A stretch of 44,704 nucleotides of DNA from the NCBI GenBank assembly GCA_036515015.1, contig DATBWD010000247.1:1-44704 (forward strand), written 5' to 3'. This stretch comes from Tepidiformaceae bacterium (GTDB lineage Bacteria; Chloroflexota; Dehalococcoidia; Tepidiformales; Tepidiformaceae). Of this stretch, positions 32,437-41,140 are shown piece after piece. The stretch's first letter is position 1. The number at the start of each line of letters is the position of its first letter. Under the pieces are notes generated by a model, which saw only the letters and a program-made list of their open reading frames with translations, had not been told where the DNA came from and did not search any database. Both the position numbers and the translations under genes were made by a program.

Positions 32437-32985
32437 ATGGTTGATGTAGCGACGGGCGATCGGGAGTCGCTCGAGCGCATTGCGGCCGCCGTGAACAAGG
32501 AGGGTGAGGGTCCGAGGACCCTCACCCTCTCGACCGGGGTCGTTCTGCTGATCAAGCGAGTGCCGGTGATGTTGCCCACGGACATTGCGGCCGAGGCGCT
32601 ACGGGTCCAGCCGAAGGTCCCGCGGGTGTTCGTCGAGGCCCTTGATCGGGTCGAAGAGAACCCGGACGACCCGGACTACAAGTCGGCGTTGCAGCAGTGG
32701 CAGGCTGGCATGCTGCTGGACATGAACAACGCCTTCATCCTGCTCGGGACCGAGCCGACGACCATTCCCGAGGGCGTGCCCGCAGCCGATGCCGCCGAGT
32801 TCCTCGAGCAGATGAAGATCCTGCGGCGCGACGTCGAAGGCCCACGTGCCCGCTACCTGGCGTGGGTGAAGTACTGTGCGGCGCCGGACCAGAATGACAT
32901 CGCATCCATCGTAAGGGAGGTGGGACGGCTCTCCGGCGTCAGCGAGGCTGACGTATCGGAGGCCGTCCAGGGCTTTCAACGTTAG
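32437..32985 (+). CDS. tail assembly chaperone (G-like)
   Basis: 182 aa and acidic, located between the tube gene and the tape measure gene. Confidence 0.6.
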   Translation: MVDVATGDRESLERIAAAVNKEGEGPRTLTLSTGVVLLIKRVPVMLPTDIAAEALRVQPKVPRVFVEALDRVEENPDDPDYKSALQQWQAGMLLDMNNAFILLGTEPTTIPEGVPAADAAEFLEQMKILRRDVEGPRARYLAWVKYCAAPDQNDIASIVREVGRLSGVSEADVSEAVQGFQR

Positions 32986-33253
32986 GTACGACGGCGACCC
33001 TGTCCTGCTGATCAAGCCCAGATACGCGCTGGGAACCCGGGTCACCTACGGAATCCGACACCCCGAGTTGGTGTCCCCGTTCGAGGAGCACGACGCCCGC
33101 ATCGGGGCTGGCTACAGCGTGGAGGAGTGGTACGCCATGCCGCCCCGCGGCCGAGCAATGGAAGTCGCTCTCAATAGGCTCCGCAACCAGATCCGGCTCT
33201 TGCAGAACGCCGAGATGCAGGACCATCTGCGCCATAAGCGGGGGCGCCGTTAG
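32915..33253 (+). CDS. +1-frame extension of the chaperone (T-like part of a G-T fusion), expressed by frameshift
   Basis: The +1 frame is open from 32915 and overlaps the last 71 nt of the chaperone. It ends 1 nt before the tape-measure ATG. There is no SD before the first in-frame start (TTG 33068). The candidate slip site is GGC-TTT-CAA at 32971-32979. Confidence 0.45.
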   Translation, partial: GRWDGSPASARLTYRRPSRAFNVRYDGDPVLLIKPRYALGTRVTYGIRHPELVSPFEEHDARIGAGYSVEEWYAMPPRGRAMEVALNRLRNQIRLLQNAEMQDHLRHKRGRR

Positions 33254-35755
33254 ATGGCCTTCCCAACCGTAGGCGTGCTGGCCATCGTCGAAGGCATGAA
33301 CTCCTTCCGCCGCGACATGGACGAAGTCAAGCGGCGGATGGAGCAGTTGGGCCAGACGAGCCAGAGCGTAGCCAGGCAGACCGGAACCCTCTCGACCGCC
33401 ATGGGCGGCGTGGGCGGCGCTCTATCCGCCATCGGGACCATCGCCGCAGGCATCCTAGCCGCCGGAGCCATTCGTGCGATCGCCAACGAGATCAAGCAGA
33501 TGGCGTCGGAGGCCTTTGACGCCGCCGCCCAACTGCAGAAACTCGAGATCCAGTTCAACACGCTGGTGGCCCGCGAGTTGGCAGCCTCCAACAGTACCGA
33601 GGGCTTCGCTGACTACCTGCGGGAAGCCGGGGCGGCCTCCGACTACCAGGTCCAGCGCTTCATCAACCTGCGGAACTCGCACGACAACTTCATCAAGAAG
33701 ATGGCGGAGGTCGACCAGCACACGGCGGCCGGGCGATACGCCTTCGAGCAGTACGGGAATCGACTCAAGTGGGTCGACAGCCAGATCCGCGAACTCATTC
33801 CAGGCTTCGACGGGCTGGACAACCGCCTGCAGCAGTCCGCCTTCGGGACCTACGACTTCTCCGAGGCCCTGAAGGAGGCCGCCGCGCCAGCCCGGGAACT
33901 CCTGAACTGGTCGCTCCAGATGTCCGTGACCACCCCCTTCCGGCCGCAGACCATCAGTAGCGCCATCAGCCTGTCCATGGCCATGGGTTTCCAGACCAAG
34001 GAGATCCGACGGCTGATCACGGCGACGGGCGACTACACCGCCGGCATGGGGCTGAGCGACGAGGTCATGCAGCGCATCCTGTACAACTTCGGCCAGATGA
34101 AGGCGGCCGGCAAGGTGATGGGAACCGAACTGCGAGACCTCGCCCGCGGCGCCATGATGCCTGTGGCGACCGTGCTCGAGATCATGCAGCGCAACATGGG
34201 GCTGACCAACATCTCCCTCGACCAGTTCCGCAAGAACGCCGCCGCAGGCCAATACGACGTCGACCAATTCGTGGAAGCCTTCGTGCAGATGGCCGAGAGC
34301 GACTTCGCCGGGGCCATGAAGCGCATGTCGGGCACGTGGGCTGGGGTGACTCAGGACGTGCAGGACTTCATCAACGTGATCCTCGGCGCCAGCGTGCTTC
34401 GGCCGATCCTCGACAGTCTATCCAAGGGGCTCCGGGGCTTGATCGACAGCATGACGGATGAAGAGACGGCCGCCAAACTGGAGACCACCCGCGGTCTGAT
34501 GAGCAGTATCGTCACCAGCGTCGGAGGCATCCTCACAGCCCTGTCGGGGATGGCTGGATTGAAGATCGAGCCGGGGGGGTTCCTTCAGTCGTTCAATGAT
34601 TTCCTCCGGGGCATCGCCATTCCGATGGCCCAACTGCGAGCGCTTCTGCGAGGCGATTTCAGTTTCGACGAGTGGCTACAGCGCGTTGGGTTCACGGAGG
34701 CGCAGAGCGAGAGCATCAAGGGATTTCTGCACCTGTTTGACCCCGTGATTCAGGGCCTACAGATGCTGTACGATGCGGCCGTCGGACTTGGCCCCACGAT
34801 CAAGCAGACTATCGACGACCTGGTCGCGGCAGTTTCGCCGGTCGTTGCGATCGCATTACCGGGTGTCCTCGAGAACCTCGGCGAGATCTTTGGCGGGCTG
34901 GGGAAGTCGCTGGCGGCCACCGGACCAGGCATCTTGGACATTCTCGGCAAGGTAGTGGCCTTGCTCGCCACGGCGGCCATCGGCACGCTGGATCTCTTCG
35001 TGACTAGTCTTGCTACCCTGCTCGACATCGCCAACGGCGATTGGGCTGGTGCCGCAGAAAACGTCGGGGGGTTCTGGGACAGGTTCCTCGAATCTGCCCT
35101 GTCGCTCGCTGGCGAGACGCCCGAGTCGTTCGCCGAGAGTTGGTCGTGGGTGTGGGAAGCGGCGGGCATCATCTCTGACAGGTTCTGGTCGAATCTGCAG
35201 GAGACGTGGGCGGCGAATGACGACATGCTCCTGCTCATAGTCCAGACCATGATCGCCAACTACTCGGAGCGGCTCAAGACGGATTGGGCAACCTTCCTTG
35301 AGGACATGCTGGGAGGCATCGATGCCTGGGCCGGCGTCTGGGCCAATCTCGAGACCATCAGGCTCGAACTGGTCAAGAGGGGTGGGGCCTTGATCCAGGG
35401 GTTCTGGGACGGTGCGAAGGCCAAGGTCGCCGCGTTCATGACCTGGCTCAGCGGAAAGATCAGCGATATCCTCGCTCTGTGGGACAAACTGCTTGATATC
35501 GGTTCGCCATCCCGAGTGATGGTGGGCATCGGGAAGAACATGATGGCTGGCCTGCAGAAGGGCGTTGGCGAGGGGATGCGTGGCACCCAGGCGGCCATGA
35601 CCGCGGCGGCTGGCCAGCAGGCAGCGGCCCTGCCCGTGATGGCCGGCGGCGGGGCGTCGACATACAACCGCACGATCAACATGGGCGGCGTCTACAATCA
35701 GGGCATCGGGGGCGGAGTGTTCGACCGGGCCATGCGTGACTGGCTGGGAGCCTAG
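33254..35755 (+). CDS. tape measure protein
   Basis: 833 aa. It has Gly/Ala-rich hydrophobic stretches (GGVGGALSAIGTIAAGILAAGAIRAI) and is long and helical. The position is canonical. Confidence 0.85.
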   Translation: MAFPTVGVLAIVEGMNSFRRDMDEVKRRMEQLGQTSQSVARQTGTLSTAMGGVGGALSAIGTIAAGILAAGAIRAIANEIKQMASEAFDAAAQLQKLEIQFNTLVARELAASNSTEGFADYLREAGAASDYQVQRFINLRNSHDNFIKKMAEVDQHTAAGRYAFEQYGNRLKWVDSQIRELIPGFDGLDNRLQQSAFGTYDFSEALKEAAAPARELLNWSLQMSVTTPFRPQTISSAISLSMAMGFQTKEIRRLITATGDYTAGMGLSDEVMQRILYNFGQMKAAGKVMGTELRDLARGAMMPVATVLEIMQRNMGLTNISLDQFRKNAAAGQYDVDQFVEAFVQMAESDFAGAMKRMSGTWAGVTQDVQDFINVILGASVLRPILDSLSKGLRGLIDSMTDEETAAKLETTRGLMSSIVTSVGGILTALSGMAGLKIEPGGFLQSFNDFLRGIAIPMAQLRALLRGDFSFDEWLQRVGFTEAQSESIKGFLHLFDPVIQGLQMLYDAAVGLGPTIKQTIDDLVAAVSPVVAIALPGVLENLGEIFGGLGKSLAATGPGILDILGKVVALLATAAIGTLDLFVTSLATLLDIANGDWAGAAENVGGFWDRFLESALSLAGETPESFAESWSWVWEAAGIISDRFWSNLQETWAANDDMLLLIVQTMIANYSERLKTDWATFLEDMLGGIDAWAGVWANLETIRLELVKRGGALIQGFWDGAKAKVAAFMTWLSGKISDILALWDKLLDIGSPSRVMVGIGKNMMAGLQKGVGEGMRGTQAAMTAAAGQQAAALPVMAGGGASTYNRTINMGGVYNQGIGGGVFDRAMRDWLGA

Positions 35756-37810
35756 ATGGACTATCCCAAGGGCCTAGCGGTCTGGCGGCTACTCACGGAC
35801 GAGGACGAGATTGACCTCTTTCGGGTGGATGGAGATAGCGTTCTCGCGCCGGACGTTGACGGGCTGGGGAGCGTGGCCGTCAGCCCGGAGGCCTACGACC
35901 GGCTGTCCAGCAGGCTCGAGGATCTTCTGTTCGTTGAGCGGGCCGGCATCAACGTGCGGGAGCACGACATCGATGCCTTAGCCCGCGAGCACGACCGGCT
36001 GACCCAGGCCGCCCGCAAGGCGCTACAGTATCGGGAGAGGGGCAACCGCTACCGGGCGCCGGTGGTGATGCTCCAGAAGGCGATCGGCGAGACCAACCCA
36101 CGCTACGCGGTCGTCCACTCCATCCCGCAGTACGAGAACCCCTCCAGCCTCTGGACGCCGGCGATGGCGCAGCAGGCCGCCATCGAGAACCTCGAAGTCA
36201 GCATCGCCCGCTACATCTGGCGGGATCAGGTGCCGGGCCAGCGCGGTAGCCCCATCCGGCTGACTCCGCTGGACAGCCACCCAGACGACGGGGCACTGGC
36301 CTGGTCCTTCGTTGGCAACCACCGGCAAGAAAACGGTGCGATCAGCCACATCTATCGCTTCGATACCACTGGTGGCACGTTCTCGGCGAACCTAGTGGGG
36401 ACGGAGCACGACCTGTTCGACGCCGACCCCGAAGTAGGCGACATCTATTACATCGGCTTCCCGCCGACCGAGCCAGGATTCCACTTGGCAGGGCGGTTGG
36501 TGACAGCCGGAGTCTACAGTGGCCTCGCCTGGGTTCTCGAGTACTCGGATGGAGCGGCGGGCTGGCCGGACTTCACGCTCGGTAGCCACTACACGCGCTT
36601 TCCCGACGACGAGATGTGGAACCAATTGGGGCCGGTCCTGCTCGGTTGGTCGGGCTACAACGGCGTCAATGCCTGGGCCGCCGAGACGGTCAACGCCGTC
36701 AGCCGATTATGGGTCCGGTTGCGTGTCACGGGTCTCACTTCGATGACGACCTCGCCGCGCATCGCCAGCGACCACATGGCGCTACGTCGTCCTGAACTGG
36801 AAATCCCTGCAACCTCCCTGCGAGGCCGGACCTCCCCCTATATGATGTTGCGGCTCAAGACGCCTTCGGGCGGGGACGGGTCGGCGGGGAAAATCGGGAA
36901 CATCTCGCGCGTCATCGTCGGCGCCAAGACGGAGAACATCGGCGACGGGGGCTTCGTCAGCCGCATCAACCTAGGCAACGCCGGGAACCCGGCCGGCATC
37001 GCCGTGACCTACGGGACAGACACCTCGGCGGTTGCCAACCTCCGTACACCCGGCGGGGCGGCGGCGCAATGCACATTCGCCACCGACACGACGATGACGA
37101 TGCGCTGCCGAGTGACGCTGACGGACCTGCTGGAGGCCTTGAAGGGCGAGTATCGAGTGTTCCTCAAGTGCGGCCAGGTTGGTGGGGTCGCAGGCGACGA
37201 TTATGTGAAACTCCGGGCTATTCTCATCTCGCCTACGACCTACTTCCCCGTTCAGGAGTTCTCCGAAGTCCGCATGGCGAGTCTGGCCGCCGCCGGGAAC
37301 CTCGACGAACTGGTGAACCTGACGCCGGGAGGATACCTGACCGTTCCGTTCGCCGAGGTGGACGAGGCCGACCCGAGTTACGCCACGGCCAACCTTGTGC
37401 TGGAGGTCCACGCGAAGGGCACGGCAGCCTCGGACCTATTCCCGTTCGAACTCATCCTCATCCCGACCAACGAATGGTCCTGCGAGTACGCCGACCCGCT
37501 CTCCAATCCGACCAACGGGTCGAGCGCCTTGCGTGGGGACAGCATCCTTGAGGATGATGGCGGGGTCATTCGGGACCGAACCATCAAGCGGCTGATCAGC
37601 GAGGGCGTGGAGTTAGGCACGGACATCTGGACCCGACGTGGACTACCACCGCGGCTGGAGCCGGGCAAGGTTACACGCCTCTATTTCCTCTTCGGCTTCT
37701 TCCCTTCGACGGGCTTCGGTCAGGTGCCCCTGCTGGCGCAGCCCGGAATTGGCGTGCAGGCCGAGTTATATGCCCATGCCTGCTACCACTTCCTGCGCGG
37801 GGACGACTGA
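35756..37810 (+). CDS. minor tail protein (distal-tail position)
   Basis: The ATG lies immediately after the tape-measure stop. 684 aa. Position-based call. Confidence 0.55.
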   Translation: MDYPKGLAVWRLLTDEDEIDLFRVDGDSVLAPDVDGLGSVAVSPEAYDRLSSRLEDLLFVERAGINVREHDIDALAREHDRLTQAARKALQYRERGNRYRAPVVMLQKAIGETNPRYAVVHSIPQYENPSSLWTPAMAQQAAIENLEVSIARYIWRDQVPGQRGSPIRLTPLDSHPDDGALAWSFVGNHRQENGAISHIYRFDTTGGTFSANLVGTEHDLFDADPEVGDIYYIGFPPTEPGFHLAGRLVTAGVYSGLAWVLEYSDGAAGWPDFTLGSHYTRFPDDEMWNQLGPVLLGWSGYNGVNAWAAETVNAVSRLWVRLRVTGLTSMTTSPRIASDHMALRRPELEIPATSLRGRTSPYMMLRLKTPSGGDGSAGKIGNISRVIVGAKTENIGDGGFVSRINLGNAGNPAGIAVTYGTDTSAVANLRTPGGAAAQCTFATDTTMTMRCRVTLTDLLEALKGEYRVFLKCGQVGGVAGDDYVKLRAILISPTTYFPVQEFSEVRMASLAAAGNLDELVNLTPGGYLTVPFAEVDEADPSYATANLVLEVHAKGTAASDLFPFELILIPTNEWSCEYADPLSNPTNGSSALRGDSILEDDGGVIRDRTIKRLISEGVELGTDIWTRRGLPPRLEPGKVTRLYFLFGFFPSTGFGQVPLLAQPGIGVQAELYAHACYHFLRGDD

Positions 37811-38688
37811 TGAGCCTAGCGAACATCGTCGTCCTGCACAACCCAGCCACGCTTTGGGAGCGGTACCGCCGCAACATCCCTATCGCCCAGATCGCCGATT
37901 GGAAGATGGTTGAGCGGGAAGAGGGTGGCTACTACTCAGCCACCTTCTCTTTCCGCCCGAAGAGCCGGGAGGACGCGCTGGAGTTCCTCAACAACGGTCC
38001 CGGACGCATGACCGAGTTCTACAACCACCGGGGCATAGGCGACTGGGAGGGGATGGTCAAGCGGGTAAGCATCGACACGGGCATCGTCAAGGTGACCAAT
38101 GACCTTGCCGACATGGCCAACGCGGTGCTGGTGCGCTACTCCCCGGTGGGCGGCGGGTCCCCTACCCGTAGTGCAGTCAAGACGCACGCCGCCAGCCAAA
38201 CTCGGTTCGGAAAGAAGTACTTCGTTCTCTCCGGCGGAGAGTTGGCGGCCGCCGTCGCTGACCAGCGCGCGCAACTGTATCTCGACCAGGTATTCTGGGC
38301 TTCGCCACGGCTAGAGAGCGTCGACCAGGGCGGCAAGTTCAAGGCTGAGGGAATTACCGTCGACGTGCAGTGCATTGGCCTGAGCGAGGCGATGGACTTC
38401 GTGCTCTACAACCAGACGGCACTCACTGGTCAGGTAGACGCCTCCGTAGTCGTGACGGCCATATTCACCAACGCCGAGGTGATGCAGTTCATCAAGTCCT
38501 ACGAGGTGGCGACCAACGTCACGCCGGTCAGTCGGGAGTTCGATAACGATCGCCGCCCGATGGAGATCCTCAAGAGCATCGCGTCTCTCGGCGACAGCAA
38601 CCGCAATCCCTACGTGGTCGGGGTTGAGGGTGACCGGCACGCGTACTTCCGGCAGGGCGTGCCATATCGCATTCCGGGGCAGACATGA
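37810..38688 (+). CDS. minor tail protein
   Basis: TGATG overlap. 292 aa. Position-based call. Confidence 0.55.
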   Translation: MSLANIVVLHNPATLWERYRRNIPIAQIADWKMVEREEGGYYSATFSFRPKSREDALEFLNNGPGRMTEFYNHRGIGDWEGMVKRVSIDTGIVKVTNDLADMANAVLVRYSPVGGGSPTRSAVKTHAASQTRFGKKYFVLSGGELAAAVADQRAQLYLDQVFWASPRLESVDQGGKFKAEGITVDVQCIGLSEAMDFVLYNQTALTGQVDASVVVTAIFTNAEVMQFIKSYEVATNVTPVSREFDNDRRPMEILKSIASLGDSNRNPYVVGVEGDRHAYFRQGVPYRIPGQT

Positions 38689-40172
38689 GGGGCGGACGGA
38701 CTGCGCGCGTTACCGAGGAGCATGGCCGGGTGACGACGGAGATATCGCTACGGCCGGTGGACTACGTGCGCGACGGCGTGCTACGGGAGATCCCTAGCGA
38801 CCTGCTGGATGGGGTGATGGAGGAGCGGCACCCACACGGCTTCGACGCCTTCATGACTGGTGGATTCTGCCGGGAGTTGGACCCGGAAGTGCCCGTGATG
38901 TGGATGCTCGACCGCTTCGATGAGCGGCTCGAGGTCTACGCTCTCAACACCATCCCAACGGTGCTGGGGCAGCGCCGACGGCAGGGCGTGCGGTACCCGA
39001 ATGCCTGGCCGGCAGCGGACTTGGAGTTTGAATACGCCGGTCATCTAGTGCGAAAATTGATCCGTCTGCAGGCCGGCCACCCGCTAGATTTCTCGTTCCG
39101 CTTCAACCGGCAGCCAACGCCGGGGCGCTTTCCGGGCGGCATGGCGTTCAGGGGGATCGAGGTCCCTTCGCCCTACCTCATGGGGCCGGAGGGCCAGAGC
39201 GTGGCGCTACGCTGGAAGCGCACGGGCCTGAGCGAGGTCATGGTCGAACTACCTGTGCGGGATTGGGCTGGTTGGGTGCTCGACCCGACGCTCACCCTAC
39301 AGCCGGACGCTACGGCCGGCAAGGACACGGATATCTGGGAGCAGTTCTCAGATGGACTATCGGGTAGCAATCCAACCCGCGCCTACCTAGAGTTTGGGAA
39401 CCTTCTTGTCTCAGACCGCTTCTCCAAGCCTTTGATTCAGTTCGACCTCTCCACCATCCTGCCCGGAAGCACCATCACCTCCGCTATTTTGAGCGTCTGG
39501 AAAGACAACACGCCATCATCCTTCAGCGGCACCACGACCGCCAGCATTCTCCGCCTGCTCAGGGCGTGGGTCGAGGCGACGACAACCTGGGTCGTATACG
39601 ATACCGGGCTGCCTTGGACTATAGCGGGAGCCGGAGGGTCCGGCACGGATTTCGACCCCACCTCCCTTGGAACCCTCGCCATTCCTGATGACGCGCCCAA
39701 CGGCACCCGCTTCGATGTCGCGCTGACAAACTCCCTCATTCAAGAGATAATTCCCGGCGGAACGATGGCCAACAATGGATTGCTTTTCAACCAGAGCAGC
39801 GCCGGCGACCTCGCGGAAGCCATACGGTCCAGCGACCATGCCACAGCCGCAGAGCGCCCGAAACTGGTAGTGGTATACGACCTGCCAGTGGTCAACCGGC
39901 TGGCAGCCTACTCGGTGAATCTGTGGGACCCGAAGGGCATCATCCGCGACCGGAACGGCAACCCGGTCGATGTGAACGAACTGCACGCCGGGCCATTCAT
40001 CGAACTGCTGGGGGCCGACCTGCCCGGCACAGAGGTGTACCCGAACTTCTTCCAGGACCCCAGCAAGACCAAGATCTCCGAGGTCAGCAAGGGACCGGAG
40101 GGAGCGCGGATCAAGGCGTCGTCCAGCCAATTCGCCGATGCCATCGTGCGCCGAGCAGCGCAGGGGCTATGA
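38685..40172 (+). CDS. minor tail protein with DNRLRE-like (carbohydrate-binding-type) domain
   Basis: ATGA overlap. The central region DTDIWEQ...RFSKPLIQFDLSTILPGSTITSAILSVW...WVEATTTW...NNGLLF...ERPKLVVVY resembles the DNRLRE domain signature (memory-based). This domain is visibly more A/T-rich. Confidence 0.55.
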   Translation: MRGGRTARVTEEHGRVTTEISLRPVDYVRDGVLREIPSDLLDGVMEERHPHGFDAFMTGGFCRELDPEVPVMWMLDRFDERLEVYALNTIPTVLGQRRRQGVRYPNAWPAADLEFEYAGHLVRKLIRLQAGHPLDFSFRFNRQPTPGRFPGGMAFRGIEVPSPYLMGPEGQSVALRWKRTGLSEVMVELPVRDWAGWVLDPTLTLQPDATAGKDTDIWEQFSDGLSGSNPTRAYLEFGNLLVSDRFSKPLIQFDLSTILPGSTITSAILSVWKDNTPSSFSGTTTASILRLLRAWVEATTTWVVYDTGLPWTIAGAGGSGTDFDPTSLGTLAIPDDAPNGTRFDVALTNSLIQEIIPGGTMANNGLLFNQSSAGDLAEAIRSSDHATAAERPKLVVVYDLPVVNRLAAYSVNLWDPKGIIRDRNGNPVDVNELHAGPFIELLGADLPGTEVYPNFFQDPSKTKISEVSKGPEGARIKASSSQFADAIVRRAAQGL

Positions 40173-40173
40173 G

Positions 40174-40413
40174 ATGCCAGTCGCAGAGGGACCCGGCGGC
40201 GATGTTGGTGGTGGATGGGACTTCAATGACGTCTCGGATATCCTCGCCATGAAAACCGCCATGCGCACGACGCAGGTGGGCACGCTAGGCGGCAGCCACT
40301 CGGGCAGTGCTTCATCCCGAGCAAACACGGGGCTGACGGCGACGAAGGTCGGCGTGCTGAACGTGCCCTACGACCCGGAACTATGGGCCATCCTGGCGTT
40401 AGGCGGAGTGTGA
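40174..40413 (+). CDS. hypothetical protein
   Basis: The ATG lies 2 nt after the upstream stop, in frame with track ORF 40138..40413. Confidence 0.5.
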   Translation: MPVAEGPGGDVGGGWDFNDVSDILAMKTAMRTTQVGTLGGSHSGSASSRANTGLTATKVGVLNVPYDPELWAILALGGV

Positions 40414-40414
40414 G

Positions 40415-41140
40415 ATGCGAGCATTCGTCGTGGGTGGAGGCCCGAGCCTGAAGCACACCAACCTCGACCGCTTGGTGGGTGAGGTGTCGTTCGCCATGAA
40501 CCGCATCGACCTGGCGTACCAGCCCGACCCGGCCAACGGCATCCGAGGGACCATCTGGCGGCCAACCTACTACCTGTTCGCCGAGCACGTTGGCATTGGC
40601 GTGAAGGCGAGCGCGGATTGGAAGGACTACTCGCAATATGTGCTGCCCTATCACGTGGACGCCGGAGAGACATGCATCATCCGGTCGGTGTTCAAGCCAT
40701 CGCTGGCCCGTGCTGCTGGCGGACGGCTGGATTGGCCGAACGTCACGTGGTTCGATAACGAGGACTGCGAGCACCACAATTGCAACATCCGTAGCGATAA
40801 CCGGCCCTCCCGATGGCACCTGCCGACGCTGTGCGCCTTCGGGGGCACGGTCGGAATCGCCATTCAGATGGCACTGATGTTCGGCTATGACCCCATCTAC
40901 CTCGTCGGCTGCGACCTGGGCTACAAGCCGGTGCGCGGCGGGCCAGACCCCAACCACTTCCACCCGGATTACCACACCTGGGACACGCACCCGCTGCTCG
41001 AGCGGGACGATACGCTGATCTTGATGCACCAGATCGCCGAACAGGAAGTGATCGCACACGGCCGGAGCATCTACAACGCCACGGTCGGCGGCCTGCTCAA
41101 GGTCTATGACCGCGTCGACTACGAGAGCCTGTTCGAATGA
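40415..41140 (+). CDS. MptE/Maf-like (DUF115) protein, putative glycosyltransferase
   Basis: The N-terminal AFVVGGGPSL and the central FGGTVGIAIQMALMFGYDPIYLVGCDLGY...HFHPDY match my memory of the DUF115 Rossmann-like signature. Confidence 0.55.
   Translation: MRAFVVGGGPSLKHTNLDRLVGEVSFAMNRIDLAYQPDPANGIRGTIWRPTYYLFAEHVGIGVKASADWKDYSQYVLPYHVDAGETCIIRSVFKPSLARAAGGRLDWPNVTWFDNEDCEHHNCNIRSDNRPSRWHLPTLCAFGGTVGIAIQMALMFGYDPIYLVGCDLGYKPVRGGPDPNHFHPDYHTWDTHPLLERDDTLILMHQIAEQEVIAHGRSIYNATVGGLLKVYDRVDYESLFE

Noticed and set aside
7228-41059. Other long minus-strand ORFs (for example 7228..7803, 7810..8463, 12009..12713, 23718..24518, 27044..27829, 30840..31709, 33455..34267, 40223..41059).
   Set aside because: Each lies antisense to a + strand gene that has clear catalytic or structural motifs. 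None has a plausible RBS or partner genes on the - strand. These are shadow ORFs typical of high-GC coding DNA.
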